Positions 45,351 to 55,253 are shown, counted from the stretch's first letter. The stretch: DNA of 64,000 nucleotides from an uncultured bacterium (GCA_903831815.1 CAIKZC010000010.1:14914-78913), one strand, 5' to 3'. Notes: generated from the sequence alone by a model not told the origin. Made by a program: numbers and translations.

Positions 45351-45887
45351 ATGTTTGCTAATCCGCAGGAAAATCTTGAAAAGTTCGGACTTTCTCCCGG
45401 AACAATCGTTGCTGATCTTGGCGCCGGAACAGGGCACTATACTTTAGCTGCAGCCAAAATGGTGGAGGGAAAGGATATGAACGGCAAGGTTTACGCTATT
45501 GATGTTCAAAAAGACTTGCTCGACAGGATAAAAACGGAAGCTAATCGCGAACACCTCGCCAATATTGAAATAATTTGGGGTAATGCCGAGAAAATTGGCG
45601 GCACTAAACTGCACGATGGCAGTGTCGATGTCGTTATTGCTTCAAATATCTTTTTTCAAGTCGAGGATCGGGTTTCTTTCGCCAAAGAAATCTCGCGAAT
45701 TCTTAAGTCTAAAGGACGTCTATTGTTTATCGAGTGGAGCGATTCGTTTGGCGGTATCGGACCACACAAAGATGCCGTGGTGACCGAAAATCAAGCCCGA
45801 GATTTTTTTGAAAAGAACGGTTTTGTAATTGAAAAAGGACTAGCGGTCGGTTCGCATCATTATGGGCTTGTAATTAGAAAAAAATAA
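45351..45887 (+). CDS. Class I SAM-dependent methyltransferase
   Basis: 'VADLGAGTGHY', 'VYAIDVQ', 'LFIEW'. Confidence 0.88.
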   Translation: MFANPQENLEKFGLSPGTIVADLGAGTGHYTLAAAKMVEGKDMNGKVYAIDVQKDLLDRIKTEANREHLANIEIIWGNAEKIGGTKLHDGSVDVVIASNIFFQVEDRVSFAKEISRILKSKGRLLFIEWSDSFGGIGPHKDAVVTENQARDFFEKNGFVIEKGLAVGSHHYGLVIRKK

Positions 45888-45888
45888 C

Positions 45889-47217
45889 ATGGCTAATTTA
45901 AGTAAATTTCAATTATTTTTTATTGGTGGTCTGATCGTTGCTATTGTGGCGGCGGTCGGAGTTTTTGCTTTAAACAAGTCTGCCGGTGGCGGTTCTACGG
46001 CAACAATAACAATTTGGGGAACTTTACCTGACGCGACTATACAGGAATTTCTTCAAAAAACCGAAATTTCCACATTGCTCGATGCCAAAAAAGTTAATGT
46101 CGTTTATGTCGCAAAACCGGCTGATACTTTTGACCGAAATGTCGTTGAAGCAATCGCGAGCGGAAAGGGTCCTGATGCGGTCATGATCTCTCAGGATGCA
46201 ATCTTGCAATATTTGGACAAGATCGTTCAAATTCCTTTTTCCTCTTTTCCTGAACGCACGTTCAAGGATATGTACATCCAGGAAGCAGAATTGTTCCTGA
46301 CTGATCAAGGTGTCGCCGCAGTGCCATTCACGATTGATCCATTAGTTATGTATTGGAATCGCACATTACTTACAAATGCCGGTATTTCCAATCCACCAAC
46401 GCTTTGGTCTCAGCTTTATGTCCCAGATGGAGTTATTGCTAAAATTAACAAGACTGACGTTAATAATAATATTGTCAAAACCGCTTTGGCTCTTGGAACC
46501 AATAATAATGTTTTTCACTCCAAGGATATTTTGTCTCTACTTATGATGCAGGCCGGAGCGCCGATAGTGGTGAAAAATACCAATGGTAGTTTGCAAAATG
46601 CATTATCAAATTCAAATAGCTCCATAAATCAGAACGGAGCGGAAGCGGCTCTCAGTTTTTACACGCAGTTCGTTGATCCGGTCAAGAGTATTTATTCATG
46701 GAACACTTCTTTGCCACTTTCACGAGATATGTTTACAGCAGGTGACTTGGCCTTATATTTTGGATATGCCAGCGAACTCGGCAATCTAAATGCTCGTAAT
46801 CCAAATCTCAATTTTGATGTTGCTCTTATGCCACAAAGTCAGTCAAGCTCGGTCAAAATGACATATGGCAAGGTTTATGGTTTGGCAATTTTAAAAAGTT
46901 CTCCGAATGTTGTGGCGGCCACCAATGCTTTTTATGCTTTAACTTCGTCAGCGGCACAAACGGTATGGAGTAACGAAAGCGGATATCCACCGGTGGTCCG
47001 AAGTTTATTGACACAAAAAACCAGCAGTCCTTTTATGTCGGTTTTCAACACCGCGGCTCTTCAAAGTCAGGGATGGCTCGATCCAAATCGCTCCGCTACG
47101 AACGAAATATTTAATGATATGATTGGGTCAGTGATCTCGGGCGACAAACAGCCTTCAGGAGCTGTGCAAGATGCGGGGAACAGTTTAGATCAATTGCTAA
47201 AAGGATTTTCCAATTAA
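45889..47217 (+). CDS. Extracellular solute-binding protein (family 1-like)
   Basis: N-terminal TM, 'ITIWG', 'ASGKGPD', 'DPLVMYWNR', 'NFDVALMPQ'. Confidence 0.85.
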   Translation: MANLSKFQLFFIGGLIVAIVAAVGVFALNKSAGGGSTATITIWGTLPDATIQEFLQKTEISTLLDAKKVNVVYVAKPADTFDRNVVEAIASGKGPDAVMISQDAILQYLDKIVQIPFSSFPERTFKDMYIQEAELFLTDQGVAAVPFTIDPLVMYWNRTLLTNAGISNPPTLWSQLYVPDGVIAKINKTDVNNNIVKTALALGTNNNVFHSKDILSLLMMQAGAPIVVKNTNGSLQNALSNSNSSINQNGAEAALSFYTQFVDPVKSIYSWNTSLPLSRDMFTAGDLALYFGYASELGNLNARNPNLNFDVALMPQSQSSSVKMTYGKVYGLAILKSSPNVVAATNAFYALTSSAAQTVWSNESGYPPVVRSLLTQKTSSPFMSVFNTAALQSQGWLDPNRSATNEIFNDMIGSVISGDKQPSGAVQDAGNSLDQLLKGFSN

Positions 47218-47222
47218 TATAT

Positions 47223-47660
47223 ATGCTTAAAAATTTAGCGAAAAAAATATCAATAACCCTTCTAATTTCATTTTGCTTGTGGGGAACTTTCAGTTCAACT
47301 ATTTTGGCGGCTGATTCTGCGCTTGTTCAGTGCGGAAGAGAAGGTAGTCCCGGTGTGAATGCTACGAGCGGAACACCTCTTGCATTGGGATGCGGATTTG
47401 CCGATTTTATTAAACTCATAAATACGATCATAAATTACTTGATTATCATTTCGATGCCGCTTGCCGCCGTGGCCTTTGCTTGGGCCGGTTGGTTATATCT
47501 ATCGGCGGGCGAAGATACGGGTAAAGTAAAAACTGCTCGTGCGATATTTACTGATGTGGGCATTGGTTTGATTATTCTTTTGTCCGGATGGTTGGTGTTT
47601 AAATTAATCGCCGACAACTTTTTAAACACGTTTTATGCCGGCAGCACGTTTTTAAATTAA
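47223..47660 (+). CDS. TrbC/VirB2-like pilin
   Basis: Signal peptide plus two TM helices separated by 'AGEDTGKVKTAR'. Confidence 0.75.
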   Translation: MLKNLAKKISITLLISFCLWGTFSSTILAADSALVQCGREGSPGVNATSGTPLALGCGFADFIKLINTIINYLIIISMPLAAVAFAWAGWLYLSAGEDTGKVKTARAIFTDVGIGLIILLSGWLVFKLIADNFLNTFYAGSTFLN

Positions 47661-47666
47661 ATTATT

Positions 47667-48194
47667 ATGAAAAAAACATTTTTGATCATAGGGATAATTT
47701 CGGTGATGGTGTCGTCGTTTTATTTTATGTCAGATCGTTTAGTTTTTGCTGATAATTTGGCTGTGAACCTTCCTTCTCAGAACACTTCTGCAAGTGATAA
47801 TACTTTAATCCCTTCGCAGAACACTTCTGCTGGTGACAATGTGTCCGTTAACCCTTCTTCAATTTCAGATCACTCGGGAGAAAATAATTCAATTGGAATA
47901 CAAAATCCCTTAAAAAACATCAATTCGATCCCACAACTCATAGGAGCGGTGTTAAAATTCGTAGTTAATTTACTTTCCATAGCCGGTGCGCTTTATATCA
48001 TTTGGTCTGGATTTATGTTCGTCAAAGCTCAAGGTAATGAGAAAGAATTGGAAGCGGCGAAAAAATCTTTCGTAAATGCTATCATAGGGATGGCTATAAT
48101 CTTGGGAGCATGGGGACTCGCACAAGTTATTGCCAAAACGATCGATAGTGTGACGGGTGTTCAATCGGGTTTCGGAACGGTTTTAGGTGGTTAA
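47667..48194 (+). CDS. TrbC/VirB2-like pilin
   Basis: 'IQNPL...IIWSGFMFVKAQGNEKELEAAKK...IIGMAIILGAW'; internal 13-aa duplication (PSQNTSA). Confidence 0.8.
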   Translation: MKKTFLIIGIISVMVSSFYFMSDRLVFADNLAVNLPSQNTSASDNTLIPSQNTSAGDNVSVNPSSISDHSGENNSIGIQNPLKNINSIPQLIGAVLKFVVNLLSIAGALYIIWSGFMFVKAQGNEKELEAAKKSFVNAIIGMAIILGAWGLAQVIAKTIDSVTGVQSGFGTVLGG

Positions 48195-48218
48195 AATAAT
48201 TAGTAATTAATATTTAAT

Positions 48219-48626
48219 ATGAAAAAATGTCTTAAGTTGGTGGCGCTTGGTTCAATGTTTTTTGCCGCCCAGAATGTTTTTGCGGCGGCTCTTATTCCTC
48301 CGGGTACGGATCTTACCGGATTGATCGGAAATGTTAAAACCATTTTGAGTAGTTTGGTTGGTTTGCTGGTTGTCGCCGCTCTCGTTGTATTCCTATATGG
48401 AACTTTCATTTTTATCGCTAAAGCAAGTCAGGGTGACGCCGAAGGTCGAACAGAAGGAAGAAAGTTCATGATCTATGGGGTCATCGGTCTCGCTGTCATG
48501 ATTTCTGTTTGGGGACTTGTTGAATTCGTGACAAATGCATTAGGTGTAGGTCATACGCTCATTCAATTTAATAGTAACGCAGGCCCAGTCGATAACAGTA
48601 CTCAAAACGGTCCGGAACGAATATAA
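48219..48626 (+). CDS. TrbC/VirB2-like pilin
   Basis: 'VFLYG..FI...EGRKFMIYGVIGLAVMISVWGLV'. Confidence 0.8.
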   Translation: MKKCLKLVALGSMFFAAQNVFAAALIPPGTDLTGLIGNVKTILSSLVGLLVVAALVVFLYGTFIFIAKASQGDAEGRTEGRKFMIYGVIGLAVMISVWGLVEFVTNALGVGHTLIQFNSNAGPVDNSTQNGPERI

Positions 48627-48731
48627 CTATGGACTTCCGGCACATTAGATATCCACAGTTTGAATTGTAGGGCCTGGAATAAAGGGGTATAATATATATT
48701 GTGATTATTTATTAGCAGTTTTATTAATATT

Positions 48732-49103
48732 ATGAATAAAATAAAAGTTATCGTAAGCGCATTGTTGGGTTCTTTGGGTCTTTTGCCGGCATTGGCTTTT
48801 GCTCAAAGCAACTTTAATTTGTCTTCGGGTGGAATTAGTGGCATCCTCGTTCAAATTCAGGATATTTTGGGTATGGTGGTTCCTTTGCTTATTGGCCTTG
48901 CCGTCATCGTTTTCCTATGGGGCGTTTTGAAGTTCCTCATGAATGCTAATGATCCTGATAAACGAGGTGAAGGCAGAATGTTTATGATCTGGGGTATTGT
49001 CGGAATCGTCATAATGGTATCTGTCTGGGGCCTTGTAGGGTTCGTTCAGCGAGCAACAGGTGTTCGTGGCGGTGCTGCTCCACAAGCTCCTGCAATTCCT
49101 TAG
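48732..49103 (+). CDS. TrbC/VirB2-like pilin
   Basis: 'VFLWGVLKF...EGRMFMIWGIVGIVIMVSVWGLV'. Confidence 0.8.
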   Translation: MNKIKVIVSALLGSLGLLPALAFAQSNFNLSSGGISGILVQIQDILGMVVPLLIGLAVIVFLWGVLKFLMNANDPDKRGEGRMFMIWGIVGIVIMVSVWGLVGFVQRATGVRGGAAPQAPAIP

Positions 49104-49119
49104 AACTCTCTAATTTCAA

Positions 49120-49383
49120 ATGGATATTGTCGACAAAATAATTACTGTTATAGTAAATCCTCTTCTAACCCTTCTTTTCAGTTTGGCCGGTCTTTATTTT
49201 CTGTATGGAGTGTTTAAATTTATCCAAAATGCGGAAAATTCGGAAAAGAGGCTAGAGGGTGCGAGACATATGCTGTGGGGAATCATAGGTATTGCGATAA
49301 TGTTTTCGGTATTTGCTTTCATTCATGTGATCCGTCAAACTGTCGGTCCAAGTCCGTATAATGAGACGCCGAGTTTGAAATAG
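49120..49383 (+). CDS. TrbC/VirB2-like pilin (no leader)
   Basis: 'FLYGVFKFI...EGARHMLWGIIGIAIMFSVF'. Confidence 0.78.
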   Translation: MDIVDKIITVIVNPLLTLLFSLAGLYFLYGVFKFIQNAENSEKRLEGARHMLWGIIGIAIMFSVFAFIHVIRQTVGPSPYNETPSLK

Positions 49384-49419
49384 GGGAGAAAGAAAAAGTA
49401 AAAAAAGAAATAAAAAAAG

Positions 49420-49451
49420 ATGGCGCGGGACTCAGCTGAGTCCCGCGCCAT
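49420..49451. terminator. Bidirectional terminator
   Basis: ATGGCGCGGGACTCA-gc-TGAGTCCCGCGCCAT with flanking A/T runs. Confidence 0.75.
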
Positions 49452-49467
49452 TTTGCTTCGCATGTAG

Positions 49468-50076
49468 CTACTGGTTTCCGACCAGTATCTGCATCGGACG
49501 GTCATCTCCTTCCGGCCGAATCGGTTCCACGTACATAGTCGTGAATGCTTTCGGCTTTATCGGAACCTTTCTGGAGTCGGAGTATTTGATCGGTTCCGGA
49601 TCGACCAAGTGTTCCTTCCCTTGGGGATCGGTGATCATTCGGTAGATGAGAAAATCATCATCTTTCAGTGCCGGTCTTGCACAAAGTCCGGCGTACTTCT
49701 TGATGGTCACTTTAACTCGCTGGTGAGGATAAGCCCAGATCTCATCCATCTGGCCGGCGGGTGCAGGGGATTCCGCTATTGGCGCCGACTTCGCGGCATC
49801 CGTTGCTCGAGGTGTAGACGAGGGGATCCCGCTGTAACTCTCGCAGATTCGTACCGTGACGATGACCACAATCGTCATTGCAACTATGATCGAGGTCGCT
49901 GCGATCTTGTCGATACGACGAGCTCGCCACAGCTTCCACATGAGACCTGTGACAATTGTCACAAACATCAAGATCCAGAAAGAAGTGGGGTGCAGCAAAT
50001 AGTACAAAATATCTAACGCTGCAACGATAGCGGCTATTATTGCCACCCACTTCGTAAATGTCCGTAAACTTGGCAT
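49468..50076 (-). CDS. Hypothetical membrane protein (3 TM)
   Basis: 202 aa, GC-rich, SD GAGG. Confidence 0.7.
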   Translation of the reverse strand: MPSLRTFTKWVAIIAAIVAALDILYYLLHPTSFWILMFVTIVTGLMWKLWRARRIDKIAATSIIVAMTIVVIVTVRICESYSGIPSSTPRATDAAKSAPIAESPAPAGQMDEIWAYPHQRVKVTIKKYAGLCARPALKDDDFLIYRMITDPQGKEHLVDPEPIKYSDSRKVPIKPKAFTTMYVEPIRPEGDDRPMQILVGNQ

Positions 50077-50272
50077 TGCTACCTCTCTTTCTTTTCCGTG
50101 TTTTTTGTTGTCAAAGGTAGCAACGCGCTACCAAACTAGGCACAGAGTATTGTATCATAATACAACGATAAAGTCAAGAATCGTGAAAATATATAAAAAA
50201 ATAACCGCGGACACCAGTTTTTAAACTGGCGCCGCGGTTTGTTGACCTTCTTCGTCGTAGTGGTCAAGAGTG

Positions 50273-51073
50273 CTACGGTGACATTGGGACTCCGGAAGCG
50301 GAGTTAGCCCCAGCCACAGACCTCGAAGCGGAAATAGATTCGGAAGCAGCAGACTGAGTCTGCTGTTGTCCCTGAACCTGAAATGCGTTACCGCCTCTTC
50401 CACCGGCACCGCCCAAACCGATGCCACCACCACCGCCGGCTCCGCCCGCGCCGCCGTTAGCTTTGACCACAGTGGAACTGCGTGCTGGCCGAATTAATGC
50501 TCCGGCTACAGCAACACCTGTGCCTTGAGCAATACCTTGCCCAAGACCGTCCATTATGCGTGTGTTTTTGCCAGACGCACTTCCGCTGGCGGAATTCACC
50601 AGGTAAGAATTTCCTGGTTGATTTTCAACCGGCGGATTGGGAACAGCAGTCATTTGCTGTGGCTGCGGAGTGCCGTAGTTTGGAACGGCAGTCGGCGTTT
50701 GCATAATCGGCTGCCGAGCATCGTAGGTGACCTGAGCTGCACCGAATGGTTGCTGCGTCGGCGCCCACGGTTTCGGCGATGTAAATCCGGTTGTCGGAAT
50801 GTTGGCCGGCGGCAGCTGCGGCGGTTGCTGCGCACTTATGTCAGTCGTCTGCTGTGGTGGCGCCACGGGCTCGATCTCAGTAGCGTAGGTGTCGACTTTC
50901 GTCACCACTACGCCACTGTCGTCTTTGTAAGAGACGACGCGATCACGAAGCTTCATGTTGCCGTTTTGGTACGGCTCGCCGATCCAGTGAGAGGTCTCGT
51001 ACTTGTTTGCGCAGCCAACGAGGCCACACAAGATTGTCGCCATAATAGCGACGATGAACAGTTTCATTTTCAT
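50273..51073 (-). CDS. Putative lipoprotein, P/Q-rich and G/A-rich
   Basis: Lipobox 'LVGC', low-complexity middle, glycine-zipper-like 'GLGQGIAQGTGVAVAGA'. Confidence 0.7.
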   Translation of the reverse strand: MKMKLFIVAIMATILCGLVGCANKYETSHWIGEPYQNGNMKLRDRVVSYKDDSGVVVTKVDTYATEIEPVAPPQQTTDISAQQPPQLPPANIPTTGFTSPKPWAPTQQPFGAAQVTYDARQPIMQTPTAVPNYGTPQPQQMTAVPNPPVENQPGNSYLVNSASGSASGKNTRIMDGLGQGIAQGTGVAVAGALIRPARSSTVVKANGGAGGAGGGGGIGLGGAGGRGGNAFQVQGQQQTQSAASESISASRSVAGANSASGVPMSP

Positions 51074-51130
51074 GGTTTCTCCCAAAAAAGAACGAAAAAC
51101 AAAACGAAGGATCGAACTTCCTTGCTCAGC

Positions 51131-52204
51131 TTATGGCTGAGAGGGCAAGGAGAGTGGAATCGTTAACAACCCCGATCCTGCTGGCGCATACGGAAAGTTT
51201 CCCGGACTCGCCATGTAGCGTGTAAAACCTCCACCTTGGTAAAATCGCGAGGGACTGACGTTTGTCACCGGGGTTACCAGTTTGGCAACTTCAGGTGAGT
51301 AAACGATCTGGCCGGTCGCGTTGTCTACCGTAAAAGGAAGGCTATACATGACAACATACGGCCAATCGTTTGGCACGCCGTTCACCCAAAAGCGGGTGTG
51401 TTTGCTGCCATCGGGTTGGCTAAAGTCGTTCATGTAGACACCGTCAACAGCCTTGACCAAAGCTCCATCATCCAGACACAAAAGGATATTCACCTTCCAT
51501 ATCGGAGGAGCATTGCCAGAAAGTATGGCGCCGCGATCCTTTTGGGGGATTTGCGCCAACACTTTCTGAAAATCTTGACTCAGTCCATCGAGCTTGCTTC
51601 CCAGCTTGTCTCCAAGCTCTTTCATGTCGGCCTTGGTAGCCAATGGACTTGTCGTCGGATCGAAGATCTGGCGACGCTGTTCGTCGAACTGCGCCTGAGT
51701 TTTCTTGACGACACGTTCGGCCACATCGTCGGCATATTTCGTCCAGTTATCGGCGGTGACGAGCTTCTCCTTATCTTTGAGAATCTCGTTCCGCAATTCG
51801 CTGATGATCTTGCCGCTTGAGTCGCTTGCGCCAGACTTCATGCTATCGGACTTCAAGAGCCAGATACCGAATCCGACAACAACGATCAGGGCGATGATAG
51901 CCAGGATAAACCAAGCAATCTCCGACCACTTGGCAATCCTCGACGCGACCTGACTCGGTGCGGGTGCCGGTTGCCCAGGCGGATTGGGATCCGTGTTCCT
52001 GGTTGCGACACCAGGGACCAAACCGAACTGTTCCATGGATATTCTTCTCAGATAACCTGCGCGCTCCATCTCCTCGACTACAGGATCGCGAATTTCTTCG
52101 CGTCCTCGTGCGGGCGCAGGTGCGGGTGCCGGTGGAACTGTACTCGACGCAGGTGCAGGGCCCGGATTAGGGGGACTTGCAGGGTTATTCGGAACTTGTG
52201 ACAT
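51131..52204 (-). CDS. Hypothetical single-TM protein with P-rich N-terminus and coiled coil
   Basis: 357 aa; SD AGGAGG. Confidence 0.75.
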   Translation of the reverse strand: MSQVPNNPASPPNPGPAPASSTVPPAPAPAPARGREEIRDPVVEEMERAGYLRRISMEQFGLVPGVATRNTDPNPPGQPAPAPSQVASRIAKWSEIAWFILAIIALIVVVGFGIWLLKSDSMKSGASDSSGKIISELRNEILKDKEKLVTADNWTKYADDVAERVVKKTQAQFDEQRRQIFDPTTSPLATKADMKELGDKLGSKLDGLSQDFQKVLAQIPQKDRGAILSGNAPPIWKVNILLCLDDGALVKAVDGVYMNDFSQPDGSKHTRFWVNGVPNDWPYVVMYSLPFTVDNATGQIVYSPEVAKLVTPVTNVSPSRFYQGGGFTRYMASPGNFPYAPAGSGLLTIPLSLPSQP

Positions 52205-52337
52205 GTGTCACCTCCTAATTGCGTTCTACTATTGCAGAAAAAGACGCGAAATCGCGCCGATTTCTTGTTCGTTTCAACGAACAGGACCTATGTTTGTACT
52301 ACCATATCTAAAGAGATTTGTAAAGGGGTATTCTCTT

Positions 52338-52370
52338 TGTGGGCGAGGAGGGACTTGGTCACGCATAAAT
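52338..52370. repeat. att remnant: tRNA-Leu 3' end duplicate plus element arm
   Basis: TGTGGGCGAGGAGGGACTTG matches 52815-52834 (19/20), followed by GTCACGCATAAAT. Confidence 0.8.
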
Positions 52371-52465
52371 TCCCATGAAAAATACTCGGTAAATTATAAA
52401 AGAGATAAAAGATAACCCACGATTGAGTTCGTGGGTTTAAGAGGAGCTGACTGTGTGGTCGAATT

Positions 52466-52663
52466 TTATCGAGAACCAAGGATGCGGCGCCTTCGAAGTT
52501 CAAAGACAAGTTCTTGGGCTCTCAATCGCTTCATATCCGCTTTAACCGCGATCTCGGTTGCTTTTTCGCGTATCCATGCAGACAGAGTTGCTGCTTCTCG
52601 CAGGGGAAGTGACAGTTTCAACACAATCACTTTCTCGGTTTTTTTACCGTTTACTACTCGCAT
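52466..52663 (-). CDS. Small basic hypothetical protein between att remnants
   Basis: 65-aa ORF. Confidence 0.45.
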   Translation of the reverse strand: MRVVNGKKTEKVIVLKLSLPLREAATLSAWIREKATEIAVKADMKRLRAQELVFELRRRRILGSR

Positions 52664-52747
52664 TGGCCACTCAACCTTTCTTTGGGGTTAAAATCTAATT
52701 TAATTTTACATAAAGTAGTTACTTTTGCAATGTAAATATTATATTTA

Positions 52748-52774
52748 CGAGGGGGGACTTGGTCACGCATAAAT
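52748..52774. repeat. Second att remnant at tRNA-Leu
   Basis: CGAGGGGGGACTTG (identical to the tRNA) plus GTCACGCATAAAT. Confidence 0.8.
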
Positions 52775-52816
52775 CGTTTAAAACAAAACCGCCAAAATAG
52801 CGGTATGTTTTGTCTG

Positions 52817-52897
52817 TGGGCGAGGGGGGACTTGAACCCCCACGCCTTGCGGCACTAGCTCCTAAGGCTAGCGTGTATGCCATTTCACCACTCGCCC
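52817..52897 (-). tRNA. tRNA-Leu(TAG)
   Basis: Minus strand GGGCGAG...CTCGCCC-A; arm CTAGC-ctTAGga-GCTAG; variable arm. Confidence 0.93.
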
Positions 52898-52924
52898 ATG
52901 AATGATCTTTCTTCGCATACCTTG

Positions 52925-52997
52925 TGCACCCAGTTGGATTCGAACCAACGACCGTCTCCTTAAGAGGGAGTCGCTCTACCAACTGAGCTATGGGTGC
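52925..52997 (-). tRNA. tRNA-Lys(CTT)
   Basis: Minus strand GCACCCA...TGGGTGC-A; loop CT-CTT-AA. Confidence 0.92.
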
Positions 52998-53062
52998 ATT
53001 TCTTTTAATACTCGAAAAATTTAACAGATTTTTCGACTTTCGGCAAATTTTCTTTTTACCGG

Positions 53063-53144
53063 TGCCCAGGGCGGGAATCGAACCCACATCCCTTGCGAGA
53101 CAACATTTTAAGTGTTGCGTGTATACCAGTTCCACCACCTGGGC
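53063..53144 (-). tRNA. tRNA-Leu(TAA)
   Basis: Minus strand GCCCAGG...CCTGGGC-A; arm CAACA-ctTAAaa-TGTTG. Confidence 0.93.
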
Positions 53145-53200
53145 ATTTTTAATTTATTAAAAAACAGAAATGTTTTTTGCTAATAGATACACTATTAGTG

Positions 53201-53274
53201 AGGCGTAGATCAGGTTCGAACTGATGCATAGCAGTTTTGCAGACTGCCGCGTTAACCAACTTCGCCACTACGCC
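53201..53274 (-). tRNA. tRNA-Cys(GCA)
   Basis: Minus strand GGCGTAG...CTACGCC-T; arm GCAGT-ctGCAaa-ACTGC. Confidence 0.93.
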
Positions 53275-53304
53275 GTTATTTCGCGATTTTTTATCGCGCT
53301 GGTT

Positions 53305-53637
53305 CTACTTTTTTAAATCCTGCTGACTTAACTCATCAAGTCGTTGTCTATTCTTTTCGCCATAGTCTATTTTGAAGGAAAGAGTAGGTATGCGACCGAT
53401 CTTTGAATTGTCGTGTACGTACTCGACAAATTCAGTGCGTTTCCTTTTGACGAACTCTTCCGCGGCTTCTTCGTTGTCAGTCGGGAAAACGCTGATGAAG
53501 ATAGTAGCATATTTTTGGTTATCCGACAGCTCACAGCGAGTGACGGTAATTAGCGAGGTGCGATTGGACTCACGTTGCAGGAAATTGGCAGCGAGGTGCT
53601 GAAGTTCTTCGGCGAGTTTTTCGGAGCGGTGTGACAT
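53305..53637 (-). CDS. rbfA: Ribosome-binding factor A
   Basis: 'ITVTRCELSDNQKYATIFIS', 'IPTLSFKID'; follows infB. Confidence 0.92.
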   Translation of the reverse strand: MSHRSEKLAEELQHLAANFLQRESNRTSLITVTRCELSDNQKYATIFISVFPTDNEEAAEEFVKRKRTEFVEYVHDNSKIGRIPTLSFKIDYGEKNRQRLDELSQQDLKK

Positions 53638-53675
53638 GATGGGGAATTAAAATAAGTAGGGGAATTATTCAATAA

Positions 53676-55253
53676 TTACAAAAGTTTGACGGCTTCGATG
53701 GTGTCGCCGGTGGCCATTTCGATTTTTGATTCGATTTGAGCCCCGAATTCTTTACCTTCGATAACAGTGTCGGTATTGGCTTTCATTTGTTGAAGGTTAC
53801 GAATTTTACCTGTGCCGATTTGAGCGGCGCGGCGACGAATCGTGACGAGCTCGCCGACCTTAATCGCGCCGCTCACCACTTTCCCGCCCACAACTTGTCG
53901 GTCGCGCTGTTTGCCGAAGATTTTTAGAATATTTGCCGTCCCGCGAATCTCTTCCGTCGGTTTCGGAGCGCGCTCATTGGCAAGTCCAGCCAAATATTCA
54001 GATAATTTATAAATCACGGTAAAGTTTTGCACATTAATACCTGATCTTTCCGCGAGGTTGAGTGCGGCGTTGTCGATACGTACATTAAATCCGAGCACCG
54101 CGGCGCCGGCAGCACCAAGCGCCCCCTTAATGTCAATTTCTGAAATCGGCCCGATACCTTTTTGAATAAGACGGACCTCAACTTCTTCGTGATGAAGTTT
54201 TCCGATCTCATGTTCAATACCTTCGAGACTTCCAACCGTGTCGGCTTTCAAAATTACAGGGATCAAAACTTTTTCCACGGTGGCTTTTTCTTCAGGATTA
54301 TCTTTGGAAATTTTGACCGGACCGTTGTTGGCAACTTTAACCACGACATTTTTCACAGCTGCTGCTTTCACAATCGCCGCTTCAGTCGCATATTTTGCCG
54401 CTTCCTCCTCAGCGAGTTTTTTCGAATCAACAGCATAAAATAAACTCCCAACTTCCGGCAATTTACTCCAACCAATAATTTGCACCGGACTGCCAAACAT
54501 CGCGCTCTCGATTGGTTTACCTAAAAAGTTTTCCATAATTCGCACTGGTGTCCAAGCATCGCCGGCCACAATATATGAACCGCGTTTCAAAACTCCGTCT
54601 TTGATCACAAGTACTGCTGAAATACCTTTTTTGGTATCGAGTTTAGTTTCAATGACAATTCCTTCGGCCGCTTTATTCACATCACCGGTAAATCCACCCA
54701 TTTCTGCCACAAGCAAAATCAAATCTAGTAATTCAGGAATACCTTCTCCTGTTTTCGCAGAAATAGCAACCCAAGAAATATCACCACCATATCCTTCCAA
54801 ATAGACATCAGCTTCGGCCAACTTTTGCTTGGTCATTTCAATATTGGCATTTGGCTTATCAATTTTGTTGATGGCTACGACGAAGGGGAGGCCAGCCGTG
54901 CGAATCGCTTTGATGGCTTCGATCGTCTGAGGCTTCACGCCGTCTTCGGCGGAAACAACGAGCACGGCAATGTCAGCCGCAATCGCGCCACGTGATCGCA
55001 TTTTAGAAAAAGCTTCATGACCGGGCGTATCGAGAAAAGTTATTCTTTTATCCGCACCATCTTTTTTGTGAACAACTTCGTACGCGGAAATATGCTGTGT
55101 GATGCCACCCGCTTCTTTATCAACAATATTTGTTTTGCGAATATAATCTAGGAGAGTCGATTTGCCGTGGTCAATGTGACCCATGATAACCACAACGGGC
55201 GTTCGCTCGCTCTGCTCCTTGGCAGTATTATTTTGTGGTTTTTTTGTAGCCAT
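53676..55253 (-). CDS. infB: Translation initiation factor IF-2 (short form)
   Basis: 'MGHIDHGKST', 'EAGGITQHI', 'DTPGHEAF', 'NKID'. Confidence 0.97.
   Translation of the reverse strand: MATKKPQNNTAKEQSERTPVVVIMGHIDHGKSTLLDYIRKTNIVDKEAGGITQHISAYEVVHKKDGADKRITFLDTPGHEAFSKMRSRGAIAADIAVLVVSAEDGVKPQTIEAIKAIRTAGLPFVVAINKIDKPNANIEMTKQKLAEADVYLEGYGGDISWVAISAKTGEGIPELLDLILLVAEMGGFTGDVNKAAEGIVIETKLDTKKGISAVLVIKDGVLKRGSYIVAGDAWTPVRIMENFLGKPIESAMFGSPVQIIGWSKLPEVGSLFYAVDSKKLAEEEAAKYATEAAIVKAAAVKNVVVKVANNGPVKISKDNPEEKATVEKVLIPVILKADTVGSLEGIEHEIGKLHHEEVEVRLIQKGIGPISEIDIKGALGAAGAAVLGFNVRIDNAALNLAERSGINVQNFTVIYKLSEYLAGLANERAPKPTEEIRGTANILKIFGKQRDRQVVGGKVVSGAIKVGELVTIRRRAAQIGTGKIRNLQQMKANTDTVIEGKEFGAQIESKIEMATGDTIEAVKLL

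Noticed and set aside
49384-52337. Part of the tRNA-Leu island
   Set aside because: Lies outside the outermost att duplicate (52338) and no further att copy was found
52719-53138. 139-aa ORF (and similar ORFs at 208-493, 713-961 and 8671-9050)
   Set aside because: Spurious frames across tRNA genes
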